IMG/VR virus record: IMGVR_UViG_3300011008_000016
Location: 32,001 to 96,000 of that record
From: a virus
Taxonomy: Duplodnaviria > Caudoviricetes
DNA: 64,000 nt
Strand: one strand, 5' to 3'
Shown: positions 51,529 through 60,905 of the stretch, piece after piece
How the letters are laid out: each line of letters opens with the position of its first letter
How positions within the stretch are numbered: the stretch's first letter is position 1
The notes under the pieces: generated by a model
Database searches by the model: none
The model's input: only the letters and a program-made list of their open reading frames with translations
What the model was told of the DNA's origin: nothing
Made by a program: the position numbers and the translations under genes

Positions 51529-52086
51529 ATGGCTGAAACTAAGAAACGAACAAGAAAACCCGATACAAAAGAGGAGCAATCCCGTATATTTGCTTTCGAT
51601 ATGGACGGTACATTGTGTGAAATGTTTTATGGTGAGAATTGTATGAATCTATATAAGGATGAAGACGATAAAGCCATTCGTCGTACATTCATCAATGATT
51701 CTTATGAAAATACTCGCCCTATTCCACAGGCTCAAAAGTTAGTATCGGAGATTATGGATAAAGTTTCATCTGATAGTGTATATGTGATAACCTCAATTCA
51801 TAACGGCATGGAATTTATGCACAAAACAAAATGGTTAGAAAATCATTTTCCTGGTCTTAACCCATCGAACGTAATTGGCGTAATTGAAGAAGATGATAAA
51901 GCCAGAATATTACATCATATTATGAGCTCACATATGGGGAGTAATTTACTTTATGTAGATGATAATTTAAGTTATCTGATTAAGATATTTGCTCTCTACC
52001 ATTCAACTTACAATGTTTCTGTGGCTCATTCAAGTGTGATCCTTACACGAACGACAGAAGAATTCATGAAAATATACGGTATATAA
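51529..52086 (+). CDS. HAD-superfamily hydrolase (nucleotidase-like)
   Basis: FDMDGTL motif I, ITS motif II, K and YVDD motif IV. Confidence 0.8.
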   Translation: MAETKKRTRKPDTKEEQSRIFAFDMDGTLCEMFYGENCMNLYKDEDDKAIRRTFINDSYENTRPIPQAQKLVSEIMDKVSSDSVYVITSIHNGMEFMHKTKWLENHFPGLNPSNVIGVIEEDDKARILHHIMSSHMGSNLLYVDDNLSYLIKIFALYHSTYNVSVAHSSVILTRTTEEFMKIYGI

Positions 52087-52240
52087 GGATAGGAGTATAT
52101 AATTTTCGGTGGATGTTGTGGGTGTTGTAATCATTGATGAAGATTACAGGGGATTTCGGTTCCCTGTAATCTTTTTTGTAATGCAATAGGGGTTTTCCAC
52201 AATCTTGTAATCAAATAAAACGAGAGAAAGGAGAAACTCC

Positions 52241-53083
52241 ATGGATATAAATAAGCTATTAAAAGCTGGGAAAAAAGCTTGTGGTAGAGTACTAAAACTT
52301 CTTCCACGAGATGGAGAAGATGGGATTGGTTCCCCTTTAGCATATATGATGCAAACCCTTGAAGATGATACTTTAATGTCAATTAATATACTTCACCCAT
52401 TACTTATTAAAAAGACTTTTAGTACTGGTTTCTTAACACCAGTAGATGTACATAGTGATGAGGTCCTTGATTTAGCAGTTGATAATCAATTGATGAATCG
52501 AGTTATGAACGATGATAGATATTCTATGTATAGAATGCCTTTATCTCTAACAGATGGTCATGAAGTAATGTCTATCAAATCTTGTGTACCAGTGCGATCA
52601 AATGGTGCAAGTCTTGGGATGTATGGTGATTTTTATAATGAGTTACCATGGAACAATCATTTTGGTAGAACTACCAGTGGTGATTTATATGGTTCTACAA
52701 TGGCTGCGCTTGTCGATTATGCGGATAGACAATTACTTGGTGGAATTTCCAGAGGATTCCGGTTCTATTTCTTTAGTCCAAATATTTTTTCTTGTACAAA
52801 TTACGTTGGTGCTCTTAACGCTACGTTTTGTTGCAAGAATGACTCATCACTTATTTCTTGTGATGATACGACGTTTGAGTATGTAAAGAGATTATTTGTA
52901 TTGGATTTAAAGAAGAATATATATAATGAATTCGGAAACTTCACAGAATTGGATACAGCATTTGGAACATTGGATTTGAAGATAAGTGATTGGTCAAGTG
53001 CAGAAAGTGAACGGAATGAGTTATTTGATACCTTGAAGACTACTGCACACTTTAGAACTTCTTCTATGCGGTCATCAGGATAA
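52241..53083 (+). CDS. putative virion structural (neck/head-completion-like) protein
   Basis: late-type motif at 52198; function is inferred only. Confidence 0.4.
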   Translation: MDINKLLKAGKKACGRVLKLLPRDGEDGIGSPLAYMMQTLEDDTLMSINILHPLLIKKTFSTGFLTPVDVHSDEVLDLAVDNQLMNRVMNDDRYSMYRMPLSLTDGHEVMSIKSCVPVRSNGASLGMYGDFYNELPWNNHFGRTTSGDLYGSTMAALVDYADRQLLGGISRGFRFYFFSPNIFSCTNYVGALNATFCCKNDSSLISCDDTTFEYVKRLFVLDLKKNIYNEFGNFTELDTAFGTLDLKISDWSSAESERNELFDTLKTTAHFRTSSMRSSG

Positions 53084-53090
53084 TAGCACA

Positions 53091-53126
53091 AGAGGGAACC
53101 AACTTGGCAATAGTTGGTTCCCTCTT
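53091..53126. terminator. intrinsic terminator-like hairpin
   Basis: AGAGGGAACCAAC...GTTGGTTCCCTCT. Confidence 0.7.
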
Positions 53127-53350
53127 TGGGCTTTGAAACGAAAGGGGAAAGTAAAAATGGACTTTCCGCTTAATGAGTGTCGCTGGTGAAAGCACATTCA
53201 ATAAGCTCTGGGCTTACCCCATTAAATTTGTGTTAATTAACAATAATCCTATTCCCAAGGATTTCGATTATATATTAAACCATTAGTATTGAGGAAATCT
53301 CGGTACTAAACATACATACTTACATACTACAGATAAGGAGGAATAATAGT

Positions 53351-53926
53351 ATGGAAACAGGTAACTTAGAGGTGCGATATCCAGTAAATGTTTTGAATTG
53401 GTTGGGAGTTCCAATTTTGAACTTGGATATGCAGTATGATCGCATTGACGATGTATTAAATGCGATTACGAAGGGTTACAACCCCGATAATCAGCAAATT
53501 GTGAAGGACGTATTCATTGCACGATTTGTGGTAGGACTTTCGTATGATGAAATTGAGGGTCGTGTGGTTTGTAATAGTGGGAGGTGGAACGCAGAGAGGC
53601 TGATGACTAAGCTTCATCGTGATATTTGTCACAATCAGTACTGTATGGACTATCTCAAGCTTCTTCGGAATTCTTATCAGAATAAGTTTGAGAAGCTTAA
53701 TTGCGATATCAGGGATGCTCAGATAACAGCAATTCCTGCACAATCAAGGTTCTACCCCAGTAATATATGGGGAGTTCCTGATGCCCAGTGGAGAGTTGTT
53801 GAATCATTTTACTATGAAGGGATGCCGATTAAAATCATTAGTCAGGAGATGAGTTTATCTCAGAACACAGTCAGGAAGATGTTACATCTGGCAGTTGATC
53901 TGATAAGGACTTGCGAAGAAGATTAA
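53351..53926 (+). CDS. protein with two sigma-70 region-4-like HTH segments
   Basis: KDVFIARFVVGLSYDEIE and RVVESFYYEGMPIKIISQEMSLSQNTVRKMLHLAVDLIR; TATATTAA at 53271. Confidence 0.65.
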   Translation: METGNLEVRYPVNVLNWLGVPILNLDMQYDRIDDVLNAITKGYNPDNQQIVKDVFIARFVVGLSYDEIEGRVVCNSGRWNAERLMTKLHRDICHNQYCMDYLKLLRNSYQNKFEKLNCDIRDAQITAIPAQSRFYPSNIWGVPDAQWRVVESFYYEGMPIKIISQEMSLSQNTVRKMLHLAVDLIRTCEED

Positions 53927-53995
53927 TAGTTTGAATGATACCACTATATAAATTATATAGTGGTATCATTCGTTTTATTTAGAAAGGAGAATGTT

Positions 53996-54420
53996 ATGAA
54001 GAAATCTGTTTATAGGTGTCGGTGCGGTATGGTGTATATTGAAGATGATGACGTTTATCAAAAATTAACAGCAAAAAATGTTCCATTTACTGTTACGAAA
54101 TGTGTATTCTGCGATAGCACATAGAACCATCTACAAATACAGTAGAACTTGTAACCGATGATGATATAGGTTATATCCCAGTACGTTCGGTTAGGAAATC
54201 TAAAGAGAAAGAGGATTTAGGATATATCCCAGTAAATTCAGTAGAATATGGAAAATCCAATTACCGATCATTTACATCTCGAATTCATGCGTGTTGGAGA
54301 TGTTCATGTGGATATAGTCAGGTTGCTAGTTTAAGTGATTTTTTGAAGTTTGATAAAACTATTGAGTTTTGTCCAATGTGTAGGACAAAACTACACATTT
54401 ATGACACAAGGGAGGTATGA
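53996..54420 (+). pseudogene. frameshifted Zn-ribbon protein gene
   Basis: MKKSVYRCRCG...CVFCDS stops at 54124; a different frame runs 54121-54420 with no early start codon and contains WRCSCG...FCPMC. Confidence 0.5.
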
Positions 54421-54424
54421 CGTA

Positions 54425-55033
54425 ATGAAACTTTGGGTTGTCGTTGGAAGAGATCGTAAGGATACTGGATTATTTATTGTGGCAATTTGTGATAATCAAA
54501 GAAATGCGGAAATTGCTAAAAGGCGGTCTGGTTTATATTATAGAGACGTATATATCCTTGATAGTCCCGAAGAATGCAATTATATGGGGCGTAATGATGG
54601 GGTGCAGTTCATACTCAATAAACTATATGGACTCAACCATGATGAAATAGATTTATTGGGATTAGAGTTCCCTGATAATATAAGTCAAAAATTTTATGAC
54701 AAGGGGATATTTACGTTATCAGAATTATGTAATACTTCAGACAAAGATATCATTGAAGCATTAGATAATTCTGATGATTTTTACGAAGTATTGTCAGTGT
54801 TACATAACAAGGGGTTACAGTTACATAATGCGGAAAATCGTCTTAGTAGTATAGGGTTACCAACTTTCATCATTATAAATCTATTTTTCTGTAAAATTAG
54901 GAGTATCTCCAAACTTTGTTCCTATAGCGAACGGGGATTACATTCGGTTAAGTACATTGATAGTGATGATATTGATGCGATTAAAAAATGTTTGACTGAA
55001 CATGGACTATCGTTATGTACAGAAAACGGCTAA
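54425..55033 (+). CDS. protein with tandem RNA polymerase alpha-CTD-like domains
   Basis: KGIFTLSELCNTSDKDI...LHNKGLQL and KIRSISKLCSYSERGLHSVKYI...IKKCLTEHGLSL match the alpha-CTD pattern. Confidence 0.65.
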   Translation: MKLWVVVGRDRKDTGLFIVAICDNQRNAEIAKRRSGLYYRDVYILDSPEECNYMGRNDGVQFILNKLYGLNHDEIDLLGLEFPDNISQKFYDKGIFTLSELCNTSDKDIIEALDNSDDFYEVLSVLHNKGLQLHNAENRLSSIGLPTFIIINLFFCKIRSISKLCSYSERGLHSVKYIDSDDIDAIKKCLTEHGLSLCTENG

Positions 55034-55099
55034 ACGGATAAATCCTGGTGGACATGAAACTATGTCCACCCGGATTATTTTTTGTATGTTCCAAGGGAA

Positions 55100-55966
55100 T
55101 TAGAACCTTTTCCAGATATCTGCGTAACGTCTCGCAGTTTCTATTTCAGCTTGGAATACGAACTTATCCTGTCCATTACTTATAGAGAATGAGTGATTCC
55201 CATAAGTTGTTAAAGTAGACGGATCAAGTCCAAAGGATTCACATACAACCTTTGCGTTGTCAGAATCTCTCATTACCATTTCCTGAATATCCGATCCTAA
55301 GATAGCTCTGGATGCATCCTGTAAAGGTGCTGTATTAATGGTCACAGTAGACTCGAACGTAGTCTCTTCACCGGTATATAGTTTTGCAACTTTTATCTTC
55401 TTCTCATCACCATAAGCTTCTTTATGAGATGGTAAATTCACTTCGTCATATGTAATGAACCTTGGCGGTACCATAACGTATGAGATGTTACCCTTCTTGT
55501 CAATAACTGCGAATCCTCTATAGGAATAAGACGGATTGATTCCCTGAAGTATTCCCTTTGTAAGTTTTGTCCCATACATTCCATCGTCAAGTGTTTCAAT
55601 AGAACCCCTGATAAGGTCTCCATCTCGCCACATTTTCTTGATGATATTGCATGTATACTTTGGATCAATGGTAGCAATCCTTGCAGGAGTACCATCAACT
55701 GGATGCCCCGCTTCACTCTGAAGTTTGTTGTTTCGCTGTAATTCAGCGACTTCAGGAGTTGTAATGGATGCTACGATTGCAGAATCCTTGTAATATCTTT
55801 TATTCCGGTTAATACAGTTTAAAGATTGAAGAACCGTATCAAATCGAATAAAAAATAAATGGTCGTGGTTTATCACTTTTACATTACTAACTTCCTGAAA
55901 AGAATTGTCGTTTTCCATCAGAATGAAACCGAAGGGAGCATTTGGGTTTACAACGCTTGTATTCAT
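55100..55966 (-). CDS. prohead core protease (T4 gp21-like)
   Basis: NRNKRYY, SEAGHP, PSYSYRG, ITYDEVNLPSH; CACA-N6-TAA at 55995-56007. Confidence 0.85.
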   Translation of the reverse strand: MNTSVVNPNAPFGFILMENDNSFQEVSNVKVINHDHLFFIRFDTVLQSLNCINRNKRYYKDSAIVASITTPEVAELQRNNKLQSEAGHPVDGTPARIATIDPKYTCNIIKKMWRDGDLIRGSIETLDDGMYGTKLTKGILQGINPSYSYRGFAVIDKKGNISYVMVPPRFITYDEVNLPSHKEAYGDEKKIKVAKLYTGEETTFESTVTINTAPLQDASRAILGSDIQEMVMRDSDNAKVVCESFGLDPSTLTTYGNHSFSISNGQDKFVFQAEIETARRYADIWKRF

Positions 55967-56066
55967 AAATCTATACTCCTTTCATCTGAGTTTATTAGTA
56001 GCGTGTGTCTGTCGTAGAAAGACAAGAGCGTGAAACACGGTTATAAGGACAGTATTTTAGAAAGGG

Positions 56067-56267
56067 GTGTTGCAAATGTTATATGAACGATTATTTGAAA
56101 TACTCAAGAATCTTAGTTTTACTCCTATTGAAAACAATGATGATGAATACTTGAATCAAAAGACAATGAGTATTGCTATTCTTGGAGAAAAAGGTGGATT
56201 TTCTCGTGTTGTAAAATACCACTTCAATAAAGAATCAAAACAATGTATAGGATGTGAAGTGGTGTAA
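56067..56267 (+). CDS. small hypothetical protein
   Basis: short ORF after AACA-N6-TAA at 56034. Confidence 0.5.
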   Translation: MLQMLYERLFEILKNLSFTPIENNDDEYLNQKTMSIAILGEKGGFSRVVKYHFNKESKQCIGCEVV

Positions 56268-56305
56268 TACACTATGTTAAATTCTTAGAAAGGAGATGAA
56301 GTACT

Positions 56306-56569
56306 ATGACAATGTTAGGATTCGAAACAGAATACGAAGATTTTATTGCTCTATTAAGTTCTGTAAATGCGGAGTTTCAAGAAGATACTGGAGTTTTGGA
56401 TATTTCTGAAGATGATGAGTCCGCAATATACATGGATAAAGAAACAGTTAAAACAAAAGATATTATCTTTACAGGAAGAAGCGCTCTTAGTTTCGGAACC
56501 CCCTGCCTAAGATTTAACGCAGAAACTGGAAAATTCTTAGGAGGGGGGTGTGATGATGGATATGCATAA
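56306..56569 (+). CDS. small acidic hypothetical protein
   Basis: RBS AAGGAG. Confidence 0.55.
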   Translation: MTMLGFETEYEDFIALLSSVNAEFQEDTGVLDISEDDESAIYMDKETVKTKDIIFTGRSALSFGTPCLRFNAETGKFLGGGCDDGYA

Positions 56570-56685
56570 TATGCCAAAGTTTGGTCTAATTCTGTTACAA
56601 AAAATATAACACCGGTATAAAGAAATGTTGTTTTCATGGTAATATGAGGTAGTGGGGTTTTTCGTCCCACTACCTCACTCCCTTT

Positions 56686-57693
56686 TTACCCACGCCTTCT
56701 AAATTCAGATTCCACCAAAGACATATCAGACCTATTGTACATTGCTGTAGTAGAAATGTCTGTATGTCCTGCAATAACTTGAACCTCCTCAAGTTTCATA
56801 CCTCGTTTCAAGAGAGTTGTAATTCTTGTTACTCGGTATCTATGAGGATGGGCGTGTTTCACGTCAGCAAGTCTTGCAATCATAGCTAATTTTCTTCTAA
56901 TAGAATCTTCTGTTACTCTTCTATATGGCTTTCTCGACGTAATAAATAATGCACTACATTTATCCTCATCACCCCGTCTTTTCAGATATTCATTAATGTA
57001 GAACATAGATTTATCCGTCAGTGGTACAATCCTATCTTTTGCACCTTTACCATGTAAAACAACATGTTTCTTTACAAAATCAATATCACTCAAGTCAGTT
57101 TTACATAGCTCTGAAACACGACACGCTGTTGAATACATAAATTCCAGTATGGCTTTATCTTTGATTGTCTTGGCTGATAACATAAGCGATTCCATTTCCC
57201 ATTCTGTAAACGGTTCCTCTTTCATGGTATCATGTTTTATCTTCGATAGTCGTTTTGCTGGACTTTTCTGTATAATATCCTCATCAGCCATCCAGTTAAA
57301 GAAAGACGTATAGATTCGTCTAATCCCATCCATGGAAGTATTTGAACCACCACCCTTCTCCTGATACATGGCTAAGAAGAATCTTAGATTTGAAGTAGTC
57401 ATATCTCTAAATGTTAGGTCTGGATAAAAGTCTATCAATTTTTGTATAAACATTTGATACCTTTCTAATGTCTTCTCTGACCTACCTTCAATCCTCTTTG
57501 TTGCTATAAATTGTTTCATCGCTCGTATATTAAAATCATCTGTAACAATAAGACCGGTCTCTTTTCGACTGATGCTATAATCGTAGCAACAACCAACGAT
57601 TACGTTCTTTGCGGATTGCATATTATCGGGTGTAATGTAATTTTGCAAACCGTTGACCAGAGAGTTAATTAATTCTCCCTCACAATCTTCCAT
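56686..57693 (-). CDS. tyrosine recombinase (XerD/integrase family)
   Basis: N-terminal SAM-like domain; STACRVSEL, GKGAKDR, HPHRYR, AGHTDISTTAMY. Confidence 0.92.
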   Translation of the reverse strand: MEDCEGELINSLVNGLQNYITPDNMQSAKNVIVGCCYDYSISRKETGLIVTDDFNIRAMKQFIATKRIEGRSEKTLERYQMFIQKLIDFYPDLTFRDMTTSNLRFFLAMYQEKGGGSNTSMDGIRRIYTSFFNWMADEDIIQKSPAKRLSKIKHDTMKEEPFTEWEMESLMLSAKTIKDKAILEFMYSTACRVSELCKTDLSDIDFVKKHVVLHGKGAKDRIVPLTDKSMFYINEYLKRRGDEDKCSALFITSRKPYRRVTEDSIRRKLAMIARLADVKHAHPHRYRVTRITTLLKRGMKLEEVQVIAGHTDISTTAMYNRSDMSLVESEFRRRG

Positions 57694-57924
57694 TTACATA
57701 CCTCCTTACATTAGACCTTTATCCTCAACCCATATGTTAAATATATAATCATAAAGAAGTTATGATAAACAATGGTTTACTTGATAATGTATTTTGAGTT
57801 TAATGAAGACGCGTTAGTTCGCTAAACCCCAATTTTAGGGACATCTGCTGTAATTTTTTACCAGAATTTCCATAAGTTTCCAATTTGTAAGTTTCCCAAG
57901 TAAACTTTCGTTTAATAAGAACTA

Positions 57925-59112
57925 TCAGAAGTCATCATCAACATCTCCATCTAAATCTGTATCAATGGTTGGTGTTGGTTGCTGCTCCGATGTAGTGTTG
58001 TTTAATGAATTTATATAATCGACTATGCCAAAATCCGACTTGTAAATAACAACTGGAGTTCTGGCTAAGAAGTAATACTTCGAATATGTGAGTGTTTCAC
58101 TATCGACATCATTGGCATCTTTCCAATAGATGGATAATTTGTATTGCTCGTTGTCTTTCGGTATAAAAATGAACGGTTTCTCGTAGATATCTTCTCTCCG
58201 AAAATCTTCATTACTTATAGTAAAAACACTAAGCTTTACAATAACTCCATCTGGAACATGAATGAGTCGATTTACATTTGCGATATAATCTAGTGTACAT
58301 ATTCCATTCTTCTGTTCCTGTATCTCACCGGTATTATCGTAGATTTTATTCATTATAAATGGTAAATCTACGAGTTCATTATCAGCCAGTGTAATTTGAT
58401 AAGGGTTCGGTTTTGTCCAGAGTTTCATATTGTTTCGTTTGATAAATTCTCTGGGGTTCTCAATATCATTCTCGTTCCTATCAGAGACAACGATACGATA
58501 TAATTTATCCGTTTCTACGTTTGTAAGTCCTGTGGAATTCAGTATGTTCGTTGTAGAAATGAAACCCTCGTTGACATCATATGCCAGTATCGCGATTGTC
58601 CTAGTTGCCGAACAAGCATATTCAATCATATCATCTAAAGCTATATAATTCTTAGAACGAATCATATAATTCCCTTTGATTTTGTTGCCATTGTATATGT
58701 CGAGACCACCATATTCCCATTCACATTCTGCAAGAATGTCTCTTAGATAGCCGTTATTAAATGCACTGAACTTGTCAAACGAAACCATTCCATTGTTGAG
58801 ATTGGTAACCTCACTTTGAATCCGACTACTACTCCATGTATCACCGGAATTTGCATCCGTATCGTCTATTTCAGGGATATATGTAACTTTGTCACTACCA
58901 GATGTATCAATCCATGCTTTTGTATGTGATGGTGGTGTCTCGTCACCAACGTATATATCTCTATATTTCTTTATTTGCTCTCGCACAGCGTCACCTGCAC
59001 TTGCGTAAGTAGTTTCGCCATCTATACCAATACGGATATCGATAAGTTCTGCGTCACCTGTAGTTGAGCCATCGTTTAATGAAACAATTTGACTGATTCG
59101 GTTCCGTTCCAC
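57925..59112 (-). CDS. tail/baseplate-fibre-like protein, possibly 5'-truncated
   Basis: [25 protein letters not shown] and DTWSSSRI motifs typical of Firmicute phage tail proteins; no RBS before the GTG. Confidence 0.55.
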   Translation of the reverse strand: MERNRISQIVSLNDGSTTGDAELIDIRIGIDGETTYASAGDAVREQIKKYRDIYVGDETPPSHTKAWIDTSGSDKVTYIPEIDDTDANSGDTWSSSRIQSEVTNLNNGMVSFDKFSAFNNGYLRDILAECEWEYGGLDIYNGNKIKGNYMIRSKNYIALDDMIEYACSATRTIAILAYDVNEGFISTTNILNSTGLTNVETDKLYRIVVSDRNENDIENPREFIKRNNMKLWTKPNPYQITLADNELVDLPFIMNKIYDNTGEIQEQKNGICTLDYIANVNRLIHVPDGVIVKLSVFTISNEDFRREDIYEKPFIFIPKDNEQYKLSIYWKDANDVDSETLTYSKYYFLARTPVVIYKSDFGIVDYINSLNNTTSEQQPTPTIDTDLDGDVDDDF

Positions 59113-59278
59113 GTTTAAATCAGAAGTTAAGTAAATAAGAAAAATGAAGGATTAGACTTGTAATTAGAAATGTAAACTTTAGTATAGTTGGAATAAAAAT
59201 CCGTTTTGTAGGAGATTTATTACTATATTAATACGTTAGATACAAACAAACAAGTCTTCATACAAAAGGAGGAAGATT

Positions 59279-59881
59279 ATGATTCACACGAATGTTTATT
59301 TGAACCAGATGGGCAGCGACTATATGGGAGACATGGTCAAGGTTCATCCAGATGATATCAAACAGTCACATATGACACTGTTGGCTCCAGTTGGTAAGCG
59401 TCATGATGTTATTATGGGCTATGCTGAACTTTTGGAGAACGGCTTTGATCTCGGTGCATTTGAGATTAATGGGACATTCAACGACAGTATCTCGGTTGTC
59501 AGATTTTTGAAGAAATATATGCCTGTTAAGAAAGAGCAGGGAACCGAGATCGCTAATTACGTGTACATCAATATTCCTGAAAAGGATAATAAGTACTATG
59601 TTGTACGTCATGATGCAAGTAGTTGCCGTGTATATGATATCCACGTTGACTTAATCGTCAATTACACGCTCGGGAAATATATGTACGTTGATGCTATTTG
59701 CTTCCGTTTCTTACAAGTTGACCTAATAAATTCTGTAAGTATTCTTTACTCTCATGAATGACATAAGTATCATCCATATATCGACCATATAGAAGAGACC
59801 CAGCTTGGATTGCCTGCTGCTAATGATAATGCCCCCGAACTTTCAGAAGATGATCTGAAACGGATATTTGCTGACAAGTGA
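59279..59881 (+). pseudogene. early hypothetical gene interrupted by an RT-derived segment (in-frame TGA at 59759-59761)
   Basis: TATATTAA at 59224 and RBS AGGAGG; the same frame continues IEETQLGL...FADK* to 59881, followed by a terminator. Confidence 0.6.
59708..59789 (+). repeat. exact 82-bp direct copy of 61244-61325 (RT YMDD region)
   Basis: TTCTTACAAGTTGACC...CATATATCGACCATA is identical at both loci. Confidence 0.95.
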
Positions 59882-59965
59882 TTTCGGCGTAACAAATGGA
59901 GGGGAGCAAGGTGGTATCAAAACCACCTTGCTCCTATAAGTAAAGAAATGAAAAAGAATCTTTTT

Positions 59966-60793
59966 TTATACCTTGGTTGTATATGCAAGACATATCCAAC
60001 CTACACCACTCTTGAGTCTACCCCATTTAGTATTTCCTACCATCTTTTCTTCGACGATAGTATACTTTTCATTCTTCTTTATAGTGGTGACTAATTTGTA
60101 GGTAGAACCTGCACCAGCACGAACATTTAGTTCCGTCGCGGTAACTTTAACAACGTAAGATGTAGATGAACCGCTAGAAACTGACGCCGTTGAGTCTTTC
60201 TTTTTTGTATCCGTACTGGTCGATGTATCACCTTTTAAGATACTTTTTATCATTGCTTTAAATGCATTCCATTCGGCATTGTTTGCACTTGCCATCTGAA
60301 GTGGACACGCTTTACGAGTAATGTCATAATGACGTAATACATAAGTATCAACCTGAGACGCTGTGATTCCAAGCATCTTGCAGATATAAGCACAGAGTTG
60401 AGCAGCAACTGCTTTTGTCGTCTCAGAGACTTTATAGTCCCCTGATGTACACATCTCAATTCCGATAGAATTTGTATTCCGACAAGAAGCATGATAATAC
60501 TTACCAGATGTACCGCAATGCCATGCCCTGTCTCGAAGTTCTACGGATTGACGGATGTGAGAATCATCAACAAAGAAATGTGCAGAAGCTCCACGCCCAC
60601 CAGAAGTGTTGAAATACCTACAATTTGCTTCGGCTGTATCTTTTGGATTCCCAGTATAATGCATTACAACATAGCCAACTGAACGACTTGCTTGGTTGGT
60701 ATAATTCCCAGCATTACACGGGATGTTGTATTCTACGGGTATTCCACCAATTACTGTGTTGGTTAAAAATCCAGTTGAAATAGTTTTAGCCAT
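59966..60793 (-). CDS. endolysin: N-acetylmuramoyl-L-alanine amidase plus SH3b domain
   Basis: VMHYT, ASAHFFVD, AWHCG, NSIGIEMC, RHYD..KACP; LNVRAGAG...WGRLKSGVGWI. Confidence 0.92.
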   Translation of the reverse strand: MAKTISTGFLTNTVIGGIPVEYNIPCNAGNYTNQASRSVGYVVMHYTGNPKDTAEANCRYFNTSGGRGASAHFFVDDSHIRQSVELRDRAWHCGTSGKYYHASCRNTNSIGIEMCTSGDYKVSETTKAVAAQLCAYICKMLGITASQVDTYVLRHYDITRKACPLQMASANNAEWNAFKAMIKSILKGDTSTSTDTKKKDSTASVSSGSSTSYVVKVTATELNVRAGAGSTYKLVTTIKKNEKYTIVEEKMVGNTKWGRLKSGVGWICLAYTTKV

Positions 60794-60905
60794 AGAAATT
60801 ACCTCCTTTTCTTTTTTATAGCTTAAAAAGAAGAAACTGTTACATTATCGGATTAAGAACCGATGCAGTCTGCATCCATCCCGTCACCAATGTAACAGTT
60901 TCTTC

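Noticed and set aside
57860-57910. Short AAGTTTCC repeats as recombinase sites
   Set aside because: Too short and AT-rich to tell from chance, and no convincing partner site was found in the window
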